Below, one piece after another: positions 12,160-26,033 of a stretch of 64,000 nucleotides of DNA; position 1 is the stretch's first letter, and every line of letters begins with the position of its first letter. The notes under the pieces are model-generated. The model ran no database searches. It was not told the DNA's origin and saw only the letters and a program-made list of their open reading frames with translations. The position numbers were made by a program, and so were the translations under genes. The stretch covers positions 23,087,728-23,151,727 of the forward strand of contig NC_068984.1 of NCBI RefSeq assembly GCF_001194135.2, in the 5' to 3' direction. The stretch is from Octopus bimaculoides (taxonomy: Eukaryota).

Positions 12160-12400
12160 GTGCATGTCCTAGTGGTCAGGATATTGCACTCATGATCGCT
12201 AGGTCATAGGTTCAATTCCTGGACTGGGTGGTGCATTGTGATCTTGAGTAAAACACTTCATTTCATGTTGCTCCTGTCCATTTAGGTGTAAATGGGTAAC
12301 CCTGAGATGGAATAGTCTTCTGATCCAGGGGATCATCATTTGAAAGCTAAAACAATATGAAACACATTGTAACAAGTGATGTATAACAACATAGCCTGGC
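12160..12400 (+). mobile_element. Diverged tRNA/CORE-type SINE (family F)
   Basis: gtgcatgtcctagtggtcagg...ggttcaattcctgg...cttgagtaaaacacttcatttcatgttgctcc; reverse copies at 56333, 57045 and 59500. Confidence 0.7.
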
Positions 12401-13130
12401 CAGTACTGGTCAATATGAATAGGTACGCTGGGTAAGTGCGATAGTTGATCGACTGTTAGGTTCCAGGATCACAGTTAAGGCTAGATCTAGGGATCTGTGG
12501 TAGGGTTATGCTATAACAGTTATATATTATATTAATCAAAACCAAGGTAGAACATGTATCTCATGTCATTTAGAGTAATTTAATTAGGGTAAGGTGAATT
12601 TTGAAGTCCTGAGATACTCATTCTGTTTTGGTTTTCATTGTTTCTCTAATATAATATGTATATATGTGTGTGTGTGTCTGTGTGTGTGTGTATACAAACA
12701 TACATATATATATATACATGCATATATATATANNNNNNNNNNNNNNNNNNNNNNNNNNNNNNNNNNNNNNNNNNNNNNNNNNNNNNNNNNNNNNNNNNNN
12801 NNNNNNNNNNNNNNNNNNNNNNNNNNNNNNNNNNNNNNNNNNNNNNNNNNNNNNNNNNNNNNNNNNNNNNNNNNNNNNNNNNNNNNNNNNNNNNNNNNNN
12901 NNNNNNNNNNNNNNNNNNNNNNNNNNNNNNNNNNNNNNNNNNNNNNNNNNNNNNNNNNNNNNNNNNNNNNNNNNNNNNNNNNNNNNNNNNNNNNNNNNNN
13001 NNNNNNNNNNNNNNNNNNNNNNNNNNNNNNNNNNNNNNNNNNNNNNNNNNNNNNNNNNNNNNNNNNNNNNNNNNNNNNNNNNNNNNNNNNNNNNNNNNNN
13101 NNNNNNNNNNNNNNNNNNNNNNTATATATT

Positions 13131-13190
<60 letters not shown>

Positions 13191-14930
13191 CATTATATCA
13201 TTATTATGAACAACATTTTCTTTATATTATCAGCAACAGTGACAGCAAAAGTTTTTCATATAAAATACAATAATGATGATGATAATGATGGGATGCTGTA
13301 TTTTTCGTTGTTTCTCTACAATGACAATTCACTGAAATAAAATTGAGGTTATTATTAAAGAAATGTAGTAACAATGATTAATATTCAAGAGGGACATGAA
13401 ATAATGGTTATGAGATGGGTTATGATCTCAAGGATGGATATCAGATGTAAAAGAGGGACAACATTAAAGACAGTTAACAATATATGTAACAAAAGTACAT
13501 AAAGTACCACAACCATTGAATGGTAAAGATAACAATGCTCATGAAGAGAAACCAGTTGCAGCATGTACTAGAGTACTCAACAGTATTTCTGTTCACTTGC
13601 CAACCATGTTGTTGAGTGTAGTAGATGCAATTTATCATGGCACCAACTCTGGAGAGGTTGCCTTATTCCCTGCAAGACTAATGAGTTCACTCTACAGAGT
13701 CACTGTTCATTAAAACAATCATGACCAAGAGTGAATAGAAGAGGCAGAATGGTCAAGATGATGAAACAGGAAAGAGTATAAACTTGAGTTTGATGGGAGA
13801 AAAATGTTTTAAACGAAATGCCCCTTGGTCTTTAAAATTAAGATAAAATTTTCAAGTAGATTATATTAGAGCTGAATAATATATATATAAAAGGTTACAA
13901 TCCAAGCCGTATCCATGTGAAGCACATCTGCATGTTTACATTAATAAAATGTATGTATATAGATATTTTATTTTGAATGAAATATACATAACATTTGGAA
14001 TTTCTGGTGAATTCTATTTGCAGGGTAATGACATATCAAGACAGAAGACTAAAACAGTTTGGTACATTATTTTTAAATCTTTATCTGAAGTATTGCTAAT
14101 AAGAGGTTCTGTGCATTTTTCTTCATGTAAACTTTTGTAACTCCTACTCTGTAACGAAACATGTGTAACATGGAATTAGAAATATACCAAACTTTTTCAG
14201 TCCCCTTGTTTTGATAAAATAAAATTTTCAAGTCACGTTTTGAAATGGAAATATATTTGTATTCCCAATTTGGTATTTCTGCAGAAGTCTTTGACTTGTA
14301 GTGTTGAGAGTAAGCCATGCTGGCATAAATGTTTCCCTCTCTACACAACTGACTATCTAGAAATTATAGCTATACAAAACAAACCAAAGGAGAGGCTTTT
14401 ATGTGGTCACTATCCCTGCTAGAAATAGCAGCTAAATATCCTTCAAATCATACCCTGTTGTTTAAAAAAACAGAAGGCCAGAGTAAATAATATAGTCCTT
14501 GATCATAAGTGTTATTAATCAGGGTTAACTCGAGGATAAACAACAATAAAAACAAATTAAACAATAAACAGCCATCTGTATAATATATTTAAAATATATA
14601 CATTGTTGGAAGCTTGGTCAACTGCAGCATTTGTCTTGAGATAGCATCTGTCATAGACAAAATGCTATGCATCTCTGAAATGCTAGCAACAGAAGGGAAC
14701 CTGCTGAAGACACTTAAAAGACCAGATAATGGTATTAAGATGGGCAGTGGATTTAATCCACCATTGAAGTAAGCCACAGCAGCATTTATGCTCAGAAGGC
14801 AAAGTGTTGGAATAAATACCTCAAGAGATTTTGTCTAATGTTGCAATGACTCACCAATTTCATTACCTGTGAGGGTTTAGTGTTGCAAAATGGCTCAATC
14901 ATGATTGTGCAAAAAAAAGAAAAAATTAAT

Positions 14931-15029
14931 ACTGTGTGGCACCTTGAGGAAGTGTCCCCTACTATAGCTCTGGGCTGATCAATGCCTTGTGAGTGAATGT
15001 GATAGACAGATAGTGTGGGGAAACCTAAT

Positions 15030-15117
<88 letters not shown>

Positions 15118-15335
15118 ATGTGTGTATGTGGCTGTTTTGTGTTTGTCCCCCACTACCACTTGGCAACCAGTATTGGTTTGTGTATGCCCTTGTAACTTAG
15201 CAGTTCAGCAAAAAAGACTGATAGAATAAGTAGAAGGCTTAAAGGAATTAGTACTGTAGTCAAGTTGTTTGACTAAACCCCTCAAGATACTGCCCCAGCA
15301 TGACCACAGTCTAATGACTAAAACAGTAAAAACAC
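14931..15335 (+). mobile_element. SINE head B + tail 1 with long internal (GT)n (15031-15116)
   Basis: Same head and tail modules as 58779-59306. Confidence 0.8.
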
Positions 15336-15648
15336 AGCAAGACATATGCATAATGAGGAAAGGAGAGATAAGAGTCGAGTGAGCATGGGTGGAGGGGGCA
15401 TGAAATTAAGCTACCCCAAGGGGCAAAGAATACTGTAGTGATGGGAGAAAAGTCAGAAAGAGGAGACAGCATATCTGAGGTGGAGGTAGAGTGTGTTACG
15501 GTGGATAAATTCAGTTATTTTATGTCTGGCAAAAAACAAAAATGTAGAATTCTACTCTTCATCTCTGTATCAATAACCATAAGACAACCTCTACATGGTC
15601 GTTTGGCTTACTAGAAACAGCAACCAATTTCCTCTTAAATCTTTCCCT

Positions 15649-15813
15649 GTGGCTGTGTGGAAAGAAGCTTGCTTCCTAACCACGTGGTTCAGGGTTCAGT
15701 CCCACTATGTGGCACCTTGGACAAGTGTCTTCTACTATAGCCTCAGGCCAACCAAAGCCTTGTGAGTGGATTCAGTAGATGGAAACTGAAAGAAGCCCAT
15801 CATATATATGTAA

Positions 15814-15852
<39 letters not shown>

Positions 15853-16078
15853 GTGTGTGTGTCTTTGCGTATGTGTTTGTCTCCCCACCCCATCATTTGA
15901 CAGTCAGTGATGATGTGTTTATGTCCCCATAGCTAAGTGGTTCAGCAAAAGAAATCAATGGAATAAGTACCAGGCTTAATGGCAATAAGTACTGGGGTTG
16001 ATACATTAGACAAAAAATTCTCCAATGCAATGCCCCAGCATGGCCACTGTCAAATGACTGAAACAAGTAAACAATAAA
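15649..16078 (+). mobile_element. SINE head B + tail 1, inserted into an older repeat (15560-15648 / 16090-16200)
   Basis: Complete head, (TA)n centre and tail; the flanks are two halves of a repeat family also seen at 14390-14545 and 39075-39310. Confidence 0.8.
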
Positions 16079-16477
16079 AAAAAAAAAATACCATCTTAAA
16101 TTGAATGTATTGGTTATTCTAGTTAAGATTACAGCATTCCAGTAATAAACAAGATAGGATGGTCATGGTTTTAGTGTCTTTGATCATAAATATGTTCTGT
16201 TAGGTAAAAAATAACAATGACGATAATGACATTGCTAAATATGAGAAATAAACATGGAAAGGTCTTCTTATCTCTGTAATGAACAAACAAATTTGTAATG
16301 GATTTGTTCATTATTTGTAAGGAACAAATAAAAATAAAGATGTTTTTTTTTATTTATAACAGTTCTAAAACAAAATCTTTTGTTCTTGTAGTTGATATAC
16401 AATAATAATAATAATAGTGATGAGGGTCACTCACATTGATTTCAACGAATGAGTGTTTGAAGGAAAGGAGTTTGATA

Positions 16478-16522
<45 letters not shown>

Positions 16523-16745
16523 TACGGTTTCAAATTTTGCCACATGGACTGCCATTTTGCGGGTGGGAGGGGCCGAGTCAGTAACATGGACACCAGTGTT
16601 GTCTCTGGTACTTAATTTATCGACCCCGAAAGGATGAAATGCAAAGTTGACCTCAGCAGAATTTGAACTCAGAACACAGTGATGGCCGAAATACTGCTAA
16701 GCACTTTCTCCAGCATGCTAACGGTTCTGCCAGCACACCACCTTA
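16478..16745 (-). mobile_element. SINE family A with (ATT)n tail
   Basis: Reverse complement of the family A body; (AAT)n at 16478-16523. Confidence 0.8.
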
Positions 16746-16791
16746 CAAAAATAACAACAACAACAACAACAACAATAACAATAACAATAAC

Positions 16792-16827
<36 letters not shown>

Positions 16828-17329
16828 TGTATAAGTTGTTCAATAAAGGCAAAACAAGAATTTTATTTTTGTGTGAATTTGTTTAAAATGTTTTCCACAA
16901 CACTTGTTAATTATGAAAATAATTTTTTTACAAAAACAAAACTGAAGTAAACAAACAAACTCAAGTTGACTATGCAGTGCTGATGAGGTTCAATGAGATA
17001 GAAATATGACTGTTGCTGACATTATTCCTGATAACAAAGATCAGATTTTCCATTATTCTTTTTAAAAAAATTACTTGTAAATTTCTTGAAATTTATCTCC
17101 CCTTTTCTCAGTGACTCTTTTGGGCTTTTCAGCTTGCTTTTTTTTCAGCTTTTTTTTTTTTTTTCTAAGAAGAAAATTTTTATTTATTGGGAATACATCA
17201 TTGAATGGCTAACATCTATGTGATTTATCAATATAAGAATGCTTATAAAAATATTACACCGTGTTTAAGTAAAATTTAGAGTTGTCTCCCCTGATTGATG
17301 AGAACAGTCCTGTTCTCATTACCGAGGAT

Positions 17330-17545
17330 GTAATGCCAACCACTCCAAGAGTGTAGTGGGTGCCTTTTATGTGCCACTCGCATTGGTGTCTTTTACATGT
17401 CACCATCATGGATGCCGTTTATGTGTCTGGCACAGGTGTCTTTTACGCGTCACTACGTTGACGACTACAATTTCACTTGGCTTGATGTGTCTTCTCAAGC
17501 ATAGCAAATCGCCAGAGGTCTCGATCACTTGTCGTCACCTCCACT
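17330..17545 (-). mobile_element. RTE 3' UTR fragment
   Basis: gccaaccactccaagagtgtagtgggtgccttttatgtgccac...cttctcaagcatagc, matching 2100-2360 in reverse. Confidence 0.7.
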
Positions 17546-17557
17546 CACCTTGCTTAA

Positions 17558-18150
17558 CCCATTAGCATTTAAACCGGCCACATCTAACCTAAATATTCTA
17601 CCTGTTTTATGTTCATATTCTCAAATTCTGGCCTTTTACATCTACTCTGTGGAGGCGCAATGGCCCAGTGGTTAGGGTAGTGGACTCGCGGTTTTGATTC
17701 CCAGACCGGCTGTTGTGAGTGCTTATTGAGCGAAAACACCTAAAGCTCCACGAGGCTCCGGCAGGAGATGGTGGCGAACCTTGCTGTACTCTTCCACCAC
17801 AACTTTCTCTCACTCTTTCTTTCTGTTTCTGTTGTGCCTGTAATTCAAAGGGTCAGCCTTGCCACACTGTATCACGCTGAATATCCCTGAGAACTACATT
17901 AAGGGTACATGTGTCTGTGGAGTGCTCAGCCACTCGCACGTTAATTTCACGAGCAGGCTGTTCTGTTGATTGGATCAACTGGAACCCTCGACGTCGTAAG
18001 CGACAGAGTGCCAACAACAACATCTACTCTACAATAATTCTAAAAATATACAATCACATCATTGAAATCTCTAAGTTACAAGATAATGTATGATTAATTC
18101 AAAACAATGTGAAGTATTGAATTTGACAGAGTAATCTGAATGCTAAAGGG
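17558..18150. mobile_element. piggyBac-type MITE carrying a nested SINE
   Basis: TTAA|cccattagcatt ... aatgctaaaggg|TTAA; uninterrupted related copy at ~51880-52085. Confidence 0.8.
17649..18019 (+). mobile_element. Full-length young tRNA-derived SINE (family E) with 11-bp TSD
   Basis: ggaggcgcaatggcccagtggttagg (A box)...tttgattccc (B box)...(CAA)n tail; TSD acatctactct at 17638-17648 and 18020-18030. Confidence 0.9.
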
Positions 18151-18424
18151 TTAACTTGCTTAACTCTTACAAATGAATAAATTAACTAAACCATCTTCCA
18201 TCTAACCACTGCAAACAAAACAAAGATTAACAAACAAAACAAGGATTAGAAGCAAAACACTTGACTTACGCTATCTCCTACCCTAGGAGGAAATAAAATG
18301 GTTTTAGGCAGTATCCCACCTCTTCAGATATATGAAAAAAGGATATTTGATTCAAACATTTCAGAATACTGCTAATAAAGAAACAAACTAAAAGGGTTGT
18401 AGTTGTTTTAATAACCTTTCTACT

Positions 18425-18630
18425 GAAGGCACAAGGCTTGCAATCTAGTGCAGAGGGGACTAGTCAATTACATCGACCTCAGTATTTCACTGGTACTTAA
18501 TTTATTGACCCACGAGAGGATGAAAGGCAAAAGTGACCTTGGCGGAATTTGAACTCAGAACGTAGCAATGGGCAAAATACTGCTAAGCATTTTGTCCAGT
18601 GTACTAATGATTCTGCCAGCTCGCTGCCCT
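18425..18630 (-). mobile_element. SINE family A
   Basis: ctggtacttaatttattgaccc...gatgaaaggcaa...gaatttgaactcagaacg...ttctgccagctcgc. Confidence 0.8.
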
Positions 18631-20129
18631 TGCAGTTGTTTCAATAACAATAATAATTTTAAAAATTACTAATACAGACTTTACTCTGTAACAATAGAGT
18701 TTCTCTTCAGAAAACAATTTAGGTAACCTTTGTTTGTTAATGAAGGCCAAGACATTGGTGTAAAGCATGCTTTATTGTATGTTGACTGCAAATTGGCAGG
18801 GCTTGAAAGAATAATGGAAAATTTGGTTTATATATGTAGAAGTTATATCAGATTTTCCTTCCTTCAGTTTGTTTCCTTGATATGCAAGATCTTCACATAA
18901 ATCTATGCATCTTCTGGAAGTTGCTCACTAAGCTTTTCCACCAGAAACAAATTACCAGTTGTTGATATTGAAGTTAGCTTATTTCAGTTCAAGCTTAAAT
19001 TGGTCCTTGAAACAGTAGCAAGAAAGTCTTTGAGTTTTTATTTATTAATTTATTTTCCTTGACATCATTTCCCATAAAATGCCAAACATGAAGTCGTTCT
19101 TTCTTTAATTTTTTTTACTTATTTCAGTCATTGAACTGTGACCATGCTAAAACATTGTCTTCAATGGACTTGAAGTTGATATTCTTTTATACAGTGATGG
19201 CTTGAAGACATTCATTATACAGTGATTTTAGTTGGTTGTAAATATTTCTCCTGTGGATTCTAGTTAATATAACGCTTATAATTCAGTATTGATGATAAAA
19301 TATAAAGAGGGAGAAAGAGAGTGGGGGAGCTCAGTTATTTTGAATTTCATTTTAAACTGATATCTGTTTGAAAAAAGAAATAAATATAAATCTACAGAAA
19401 ATTATATATAAAATGTTGTAATAGCAATCAAAGTGTTAATTTTAAATACAATACAGTTTCAAGTAACATCAAAAATTCTGACAAACATTACACAGTAACA
19501 GGGTGGTATATTCATAATACAATTGTGAATTGGGCAGGTTTACCATACGTTAATGGCTAGGAGAAATTTTTTATTCAGGAATGACCTGGATAATTGCTAT
19601 TATACAGGGATGAGTTAGAGAGGTTCAATACTTGGTTGTGACTAGGTAAGCTTCATTGTACAGTGACAGCATGGATAGGTTCATTATACATTAATAGTTC
19701 AATGAGATTCATTGTACTGTGAGGTTGATTAATTCTATTGTGATGACTGGGAGAGATTTATTGCAGAGTGGTGGCTAGGAGAGGTTCATTATATGGTGGT
19801 AACTATGGCACAGTGCTAAGTGATGAAAAGACAAGCTCCATTATACAGTGACAACATATTAGACTCATCTTATAGGGAAGGACAACTAGGATATATATTG
19901 TACAGAGATGACTTGGTCAGCTTCGTTACAAGGTAAAAGTTGACTAGAGCATCAGATGGTGATGACTAGAACATATATTGTGCAGTGAGGACAAGGTCAG
20001 TTTCATTGTGCAGAAATGACAGGGTCAGTTTTATTGTGCAAAGTAGGGCAGGGCAGGTTCATCATACAATGATGGCTGGGACGGTTCATATCACATAAAT
20101 AGCAACATAGGGTTCTGATTACCTTGGGT

Positions 20130-20900
20130 GATTAACCAGATTTCTACACAGAAACATGTGTCAGATATATTATACAGTAGGGTTAAGCCAGGTTCATAAT
20201 ACACTGATTGTTAAAAATGGATTTATTATCCAGTGTTGGCTAAATCATGCAGACTGGCAGTTTAACTACAGGTGATGCTTTATACATCAGTGATATTTCG
20301 TTGGTGGGAAGTCTAGATCCAGATTTTAGTAATCACAGTGTTTGCTAAAATAATTATGTATGTGTGTGTGGTCTGGTGGCAAGTCACTGGCCTTCATCAT
20401 TTACTCCTATACTATGGCATTAAGCAGGTATAAAGTGCAACAACAAAGAATATACAACTGAAGAACTATACACAGTTAATATGAGCTAGTTACAACAGAA
20501 GTTTTACAAAGCTTTGAAAGAGTAAAAGTATTACTTGTGTGTATGTTTGATAGAATAATTATTAAAACGTTACATTAATGATTAATTTTGCTGTTTGTAT
20601 TTCCGGATATGTTACAGCAGTACTGCGATTGATAATTCAAGTTTCTTATAGTTTATGACAGACTGGGATGATTATACAGTGATGGTCAGACCAGCTTCAT
20701 GTTATAGTGATGATTTGGCTATGTTTATTATAAAGTGAGGGCTTCGTCAAGTTCATCATAAATTGATTGTGAAGTCATTAAATGGAGACCAGCTCAGAGA
20801 AATATCATCAACTGTGACAAGTAGCTTAAGTGAACGTGGTGTTATACAGCTCAGTGATATTTTACTGGTGTTAAGACTAGCTCTGTACTTCAATAATCAC
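20130..20900 (+). repeat. Segment duplicated at ~23045-23730 (offset ~2.9 kb)
   Basis: ccagatt(t)tctacacagaaa...gtcagatatattatac...tctagatccagattttagtaatcacagtgtttgct...gcaggtataaagtgcaacaac...agttttacaaagctttga present in both copies. Confidence 0.85.
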
Positions 20901-21134
20901 ACCAGTTGCTTAAAAAAAACTAAGTGTGTAGTCAGATGATAAGATATCAGCTTTCATAATATATTATTATATTATGCTTTCGAGCCAGGATAAATTGATA
21001 CAGCACAAGATACATAATTAATGAAGTGCACGTAATGCTTTTCAGTGTTTATCATATGGTATTGTGACTTTTCAGCATAATTTTACTACATATCAAATTT
21101 CTTATATAAAAATGGGTTTACCAGGATTTTTATA

Positions 21135-21260
21135 CAGGGTGTCCACAAAGTTTGGGTACATGGAGTAAATAAAATCATAACATAGACAATTAAATATAAG
21201 AAATAATAATTTCTTTAAGTATGTGTTAATCCTATGTACCCAGACTTTGTGAACACCCTG
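21135..21260. mobile_element. 126-bp Tc1/mariner MITE
   Basis: TA|cagggtgtccacaaagtttgggtacat ... atgtacccagactttgtgaacaccctg|TA. Confidence 0.9.
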
Positions 21261-21330
21261 TATAATGACGATTAGGTCAGTTTCATTATGCATTAATGGC
21301 TAGATTAAGTTTATTGTAGAATTGATAGAT

Positions 21331-21810
21331 GCAGGCATGGCTGCATGGTTAAGAAATTTGCTTTCCCAACCACATGGTTCTGGGTTCAATGCTACTGTGA
21401 GATACCTTGGGCAAGTATCTACTGCTATAACCCAACCAAAGTTTTGTGAATGGATATGGTAAATGAAAACTGAATTCCATTATATGTATGTGTATTTGCA
21501 TGCATGCATGCATGTGTGTGTATGTGGTGGGGTGACTATGAATACGTGTGTGGTTTTGTCTCCTTATCTTGATACCATGTGATAGTTGTAAATGAGTGTC
21601 ACTGTCATGCAAGCAGTGTCATTCATTTCCAATATTCTATGAGAATATGTCTGGCTATGGAGAAATATTACCTTGATTAGAAACAGATGGGGGTTAGCAA
21701 CAGGAAGAGGCATCCAGTTGTAAAAAAAATTTGCTTCAGCAGACTTTGTCCGACCCATGCAAGCATGAAAAAGAGGTCAGTGAAAGTGATGATGATGGTG
21801 GTGGTGGTGG
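21331..21810 (+). mobile_element. SINE head B + RTE-like tail 2
   Basis: Head gcaggcatggctgcatggttaag...accttgggcaagt; tail ...acccatgcaagcatgaaaaag...gatgatgat. Confidence 0.7.
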
Positions 21811-24800
21811 TGGTTGGGGGGGGGGGATTTTCATTTGACATGGTTACATCAGGCTCATTGGATAGAGATAGTTAGGTCACATTTTTCATGCAGTGATGTA
21901 TCAGAGGGATTCATTATAAAGTGATGACTAATTAACTTTATTAAACATTGATGGCTTAGTTGGATCGTTTATAAATGATGACTAGGTGAGCTTTTTTTTT
22001 ATGCATTTATGACTAGCATAAGTTTATCATTAAGTGATGGTTAGATCAGGTTCATTATAAAATAAAAGCTAGGACGGTTCATTTTCAAGTTGTGGCTTCA
22101 CAAATTGCTATGTATATCATTTTAATTATTTAATGATGGTTAAGTTCATTTTGTTATAAATTCATAACGAGGTCAATAACTGTGACTAAGATCAGTTTCA
22201 CTGGGAGAGTTTAAAATGATGGCTTGGAGAAATGAATAGGATATACATTATATAGTGATGGCTCAGAGAGATTTAATTTGTACTGATAAGTCAGAGAACT
22301 TCATTCTACAGTGACGGCAAGGATGGATTCTTTTTATACAGTGATTGTTAGCAAAGGTTCATTATTGAATCATATAAAGGAGAGATTCATTATGCAGTAA
22401 CAGTATACTCAGGTTCATAAAATACTGATCACAATGTAGATTAATGGCTAAGAGAGTTCCATTATACAGTGTTAAGAGAGAGAGATAATTGTATAATAAG
22501 CAGGAGAGGTTTGTTTTATTGTAATGATTGGGAGCAATTTGTTATACAACAATAAATGGTTCATTTTCATTATAGAGTGATCACTAGAAGAACTTCATTA
22601 TGTAGTAATTAGTAACACTGCTTTATTATAAGGTCACAGCAAGGAAAGATCCATAATGTTGTGATGTATCTGATATAAATGTTACACAATGATTCCTAGG
22701 ATGGATTCAATTTTCAGCTGTGGTTAGAAAAGATTGATTATAAAGTGAAGGTTGAGTATAAATAATGTTCAGAGGATTAAGTTAGTTTCATTAAACAATA
22801 TTAGTAGGTTAGAATTATTATATGGTGATTATGACATATATTGGACAATGGTTACTAAGCCAGTTTCATTATGCAATAACAGTTGGCTAGATTCTTTTTA
22901 TGATGATGGCTAGGACATATTGTACAGTGGGGAATAGATCAACTTCATTATGAATGATAGTAGGGCTTGTTCATTATATGTTGAGGGCTAGGACGGTTCA
23001 TACTACATCAATGGCTATCTTGAGTTTATATTGCAGTGAGTGATTAGCCAGATTTTCTATACAGAAATGCGTGTCAGATATATTATACAATAGGGTCAAG
23101 CCAGGCTCATAATACAGTGATGGTTGAAATTGGATTTATCATCCAGTGATGGCTAAATCTTGCAGATTAGCAGTTTAGCCGAAGGTGATGCTTTATACAT
23201 CAGTGGTATTTCGTTGGTGTGACATCTAGATCCAGATTTTAGTAATCACAGTGTTTGCTGAAATAACTATGTGTTTATGTATGTGTGTGTGGTCCGATGG
23301 CAAGTTACTGGCCTTCATAATTTCTTTCTATATTATGGCATGCAGCAGGTATAAAGTGCAACAACATAGAATACACAACTGAAGAACTATACACAGCTAA
23401 TATGAGCTAGCTGCAAGAGAAGTTTTACAAAGCTTTGACAGAGTGAAAATATCACTTGTGTGTTAATTTGATATAGCAACTGTTAAAGTAAAATAGTGAT
23501 GGTCAGACAAGCTTCATTATATATTGATGGCTTGGTTATGTTCATTATAAAGTGATGGCTTCAATAAATTATACAGTGATGGTTTTATTGGCTTCATCAT
23601 TCACTGATGGCTAAGTCATAAATGGTGTTCAATTTTGGGAAATATCATTCATTGCGACAAGTAGTTAAGTAGGGAAAGTGTTGCTTTAAAGTTTAGTGAC
23701 ATTTTATTGATGTGAAGACTGGATTCTTGATATTGTGACTGCTAAAGAAGTGTATTATATATTAAGTTTCTCATACAAACTTCACAAAGATAATTACATA
23801 GTAATAACTGGTCAGCTTCATTATGTATTTTTATCTATGTAATAATCTGCTTGTTTGTTCACTTGTTATACATTAGTTAGTTAGAGAGGTGGAGGTGGAG
23901 GTGGAGTGAGTGAGAGGTAGAAGTGCAGTGAGTGAGAGGTAGAGTAAGAGTGAGAAAGAAACAGGGAAGGGGTGAAGAAAGAAGAGAGGAAGAAGCAGAG
24001 AAAGATGATTAATATTAAAACACTTAGGCCGAATGGTCATGTGGTCAGCTGAAAGTAAAGGCGAAGAACAAGAGAAAAAGATGATGAGAGAACAGAAGGA
24101 GAGAGAAGTGTTAATGATGTGCAGAGGGATGGAAAAGGAATACTTATTATGCGGTTAAAAAGTTAGCTGAAAAGAGAGATAGGGGGGGGGGCAGATAGCA
24201 GTGGTGGTGGTGGTGGTGTGTTGATAGTGGAAAGCATTTTTTTTTATTGAACTAATTTTCTTTATATAGTGACCATCACTTCAGGCATTTTCATAAGGGC
24301 AATTATTTAATGTTTGCTCACTTAAAAAATTGATATTTGTTTGTAAGGGTTACTTTAGCCTAAACTCTGGATTCACAAGAAACATGGTTGTAAGCTGTCC
24401 AAGAAAGGATGTGCAGATATAGAATACAGATCATAGAGGAACAGAGAGAAAATATGATAAAAAGAGGGAAAAGACAACACTGACGGAGACATGAGGAAAT
24501 GAATGTAGTCGAACGTCAAGAATATTTCAAGAAAGTTAAACTATGAATGCTATAAAAATGCAAATCATCCTTTCATTATACCCTTAAGTTTATCAGATTC
24601 ATTACAACATGGCAGCTATATTAGTTTCTTAAATGAAGACAAGGTTAAGTAAATATATAGTGGTGACTAGATAAGGCTTATTCAGTTATTTGGATCTAAG
24701 TTTGGTTTATTTTATAATGTTGATTTATAATGCTAAGCTTATTATAGTCTGACATAAGAAGAAAAATTGGTTGTGTCCTGGTTTCTTCATAGAGTGACAC

Positions 24801-25597
24801 AGTTTTATCATCAAGAATATGTTGTAGTTCAGTATAAAATGGTGCTTAAGACCAGATAGATATACAGTGATAATTTCTCAGTGATGGCTTGTTAAGTTTT
24901 ATTTTAAACTTATTGGTTAATATCAACCTCATTGTGTTTATAATATCTTAGTCAGTGATAACTAATCAAGTTTCACCACATATATTGATTATCAAGTTCA
25001 ATCTCTTTATTTAGTGCTGGTTTAAGGAATGGGGGATAGTTAAAGCTCATTATACACTGTTGTTTAGAAAAGTGAAGGTTTATTATAATAGTGAGGAGTT
25101 TGGTCAGGGAGGGCTAAAAGCTGTGGTAGTTAAATCAATGGATCAGGCTCTTGCAGCTCAAAATTTCTATTCGTGAAAATGATGGAATCAAACCATTGTG
25201 GTCTCTTGTAATCTGGAATATTTTTTTCTTCTATCTCGACAGTGAGGGATAATAGAGGCCTATAAAATATAATATATTTGAAAATATTTTGTTTGATTCG
25301 TTTACGAATTTTTATGTAATATGAGGTGTTTTTCAGTGAAGAATGATTTTGGGATAATTTAAGTAGATGAAACCAAGAGATATAGAACTATCACAAAACT
25401 AAGCAAATCAGACATTAGTTTACACCATATTGCAATTCAAATTGAGAACCACATGTCTGGTAAGCATCACATACAGAAAGGAAAAAAGAAAAAATAGCAA
25501 TGGAGCTTGTGTGTGAAAGCAGTCATGCTTATATTGCAATGATTATGAATTTTTCAGATGATAAAATTGTATATATATATAGATATATATATGCACA

Positions 25598-25815
25598 CGC
25601 AAGGGGGTACTGAAAAGTCCCTGGCTTAAAGTGTATTAAAAAAGGCCAAGTTGGCGGCCCAAATTTCTGAGTTCTTTTACAGGACTTAGAAAAACTGAAG
25701 GACAGTTGCAATACGTGTGTTAATCTGAGAGGGAACTATATTGAATAAAATCATGATTAACTGATCTCCTTTATTTTCTTTTACCCCAAGCCAGAAACTT
25801 TTCAGCAGCCCCTTG
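25598..25815. mobile_element. Tc1/mariner-type MITE, paralog of 11218-11433
   Basis: aagggggtactgaaaagtccctggc ... gccagaaacttttcagcagcccctt; internal sequence aligns with the first copy. Confidence 0.8.
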
Positions 25816-25817
25816 TA

Positions 25818-25905
<88 letters not shown>

Positions 25906-26033
25906 TATATGGGTACAGGACATCACCAACAGTAAACCACATGAAATACAAAAACAAATGAGTTAAATACACAAACAATGAGAGAGAAAAATGGAAAACA
26001 GGACAAGTAATACAAAAAATACAAAGAACGAAC

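Larger units (their letters stand above)
19190..25100 (+). repeat. Degenerate ~27-28-bp minisatellite field (consensus ~TTCATTATACAGTGATGGCTAGGAGAGG) with interspersed unique blocks
   Basis: Units such as ttcattgtacagtgacagcatggatagg, tttattgcagagtggtggctaggagagg and ttcattgtgcagaaatgacagggtcagt recur in several runs. Confidence 0.75.

Noticed and set aside
14589-14777. Short ORFs on both strands
   Set aside because: No motif and no consistent splice pair.
23880-24240. Purine-rich GA/GGT tract
   Set aside because: Ordinary low-complexity sequence with no ORF or defined unit.
19190-25100. CRISPR-like array (28-bp units)
   Set aside because: Units are contiguous and highly diverged with no constant repeat/unique spacer pattern; eukaryotic context and no cas genes.
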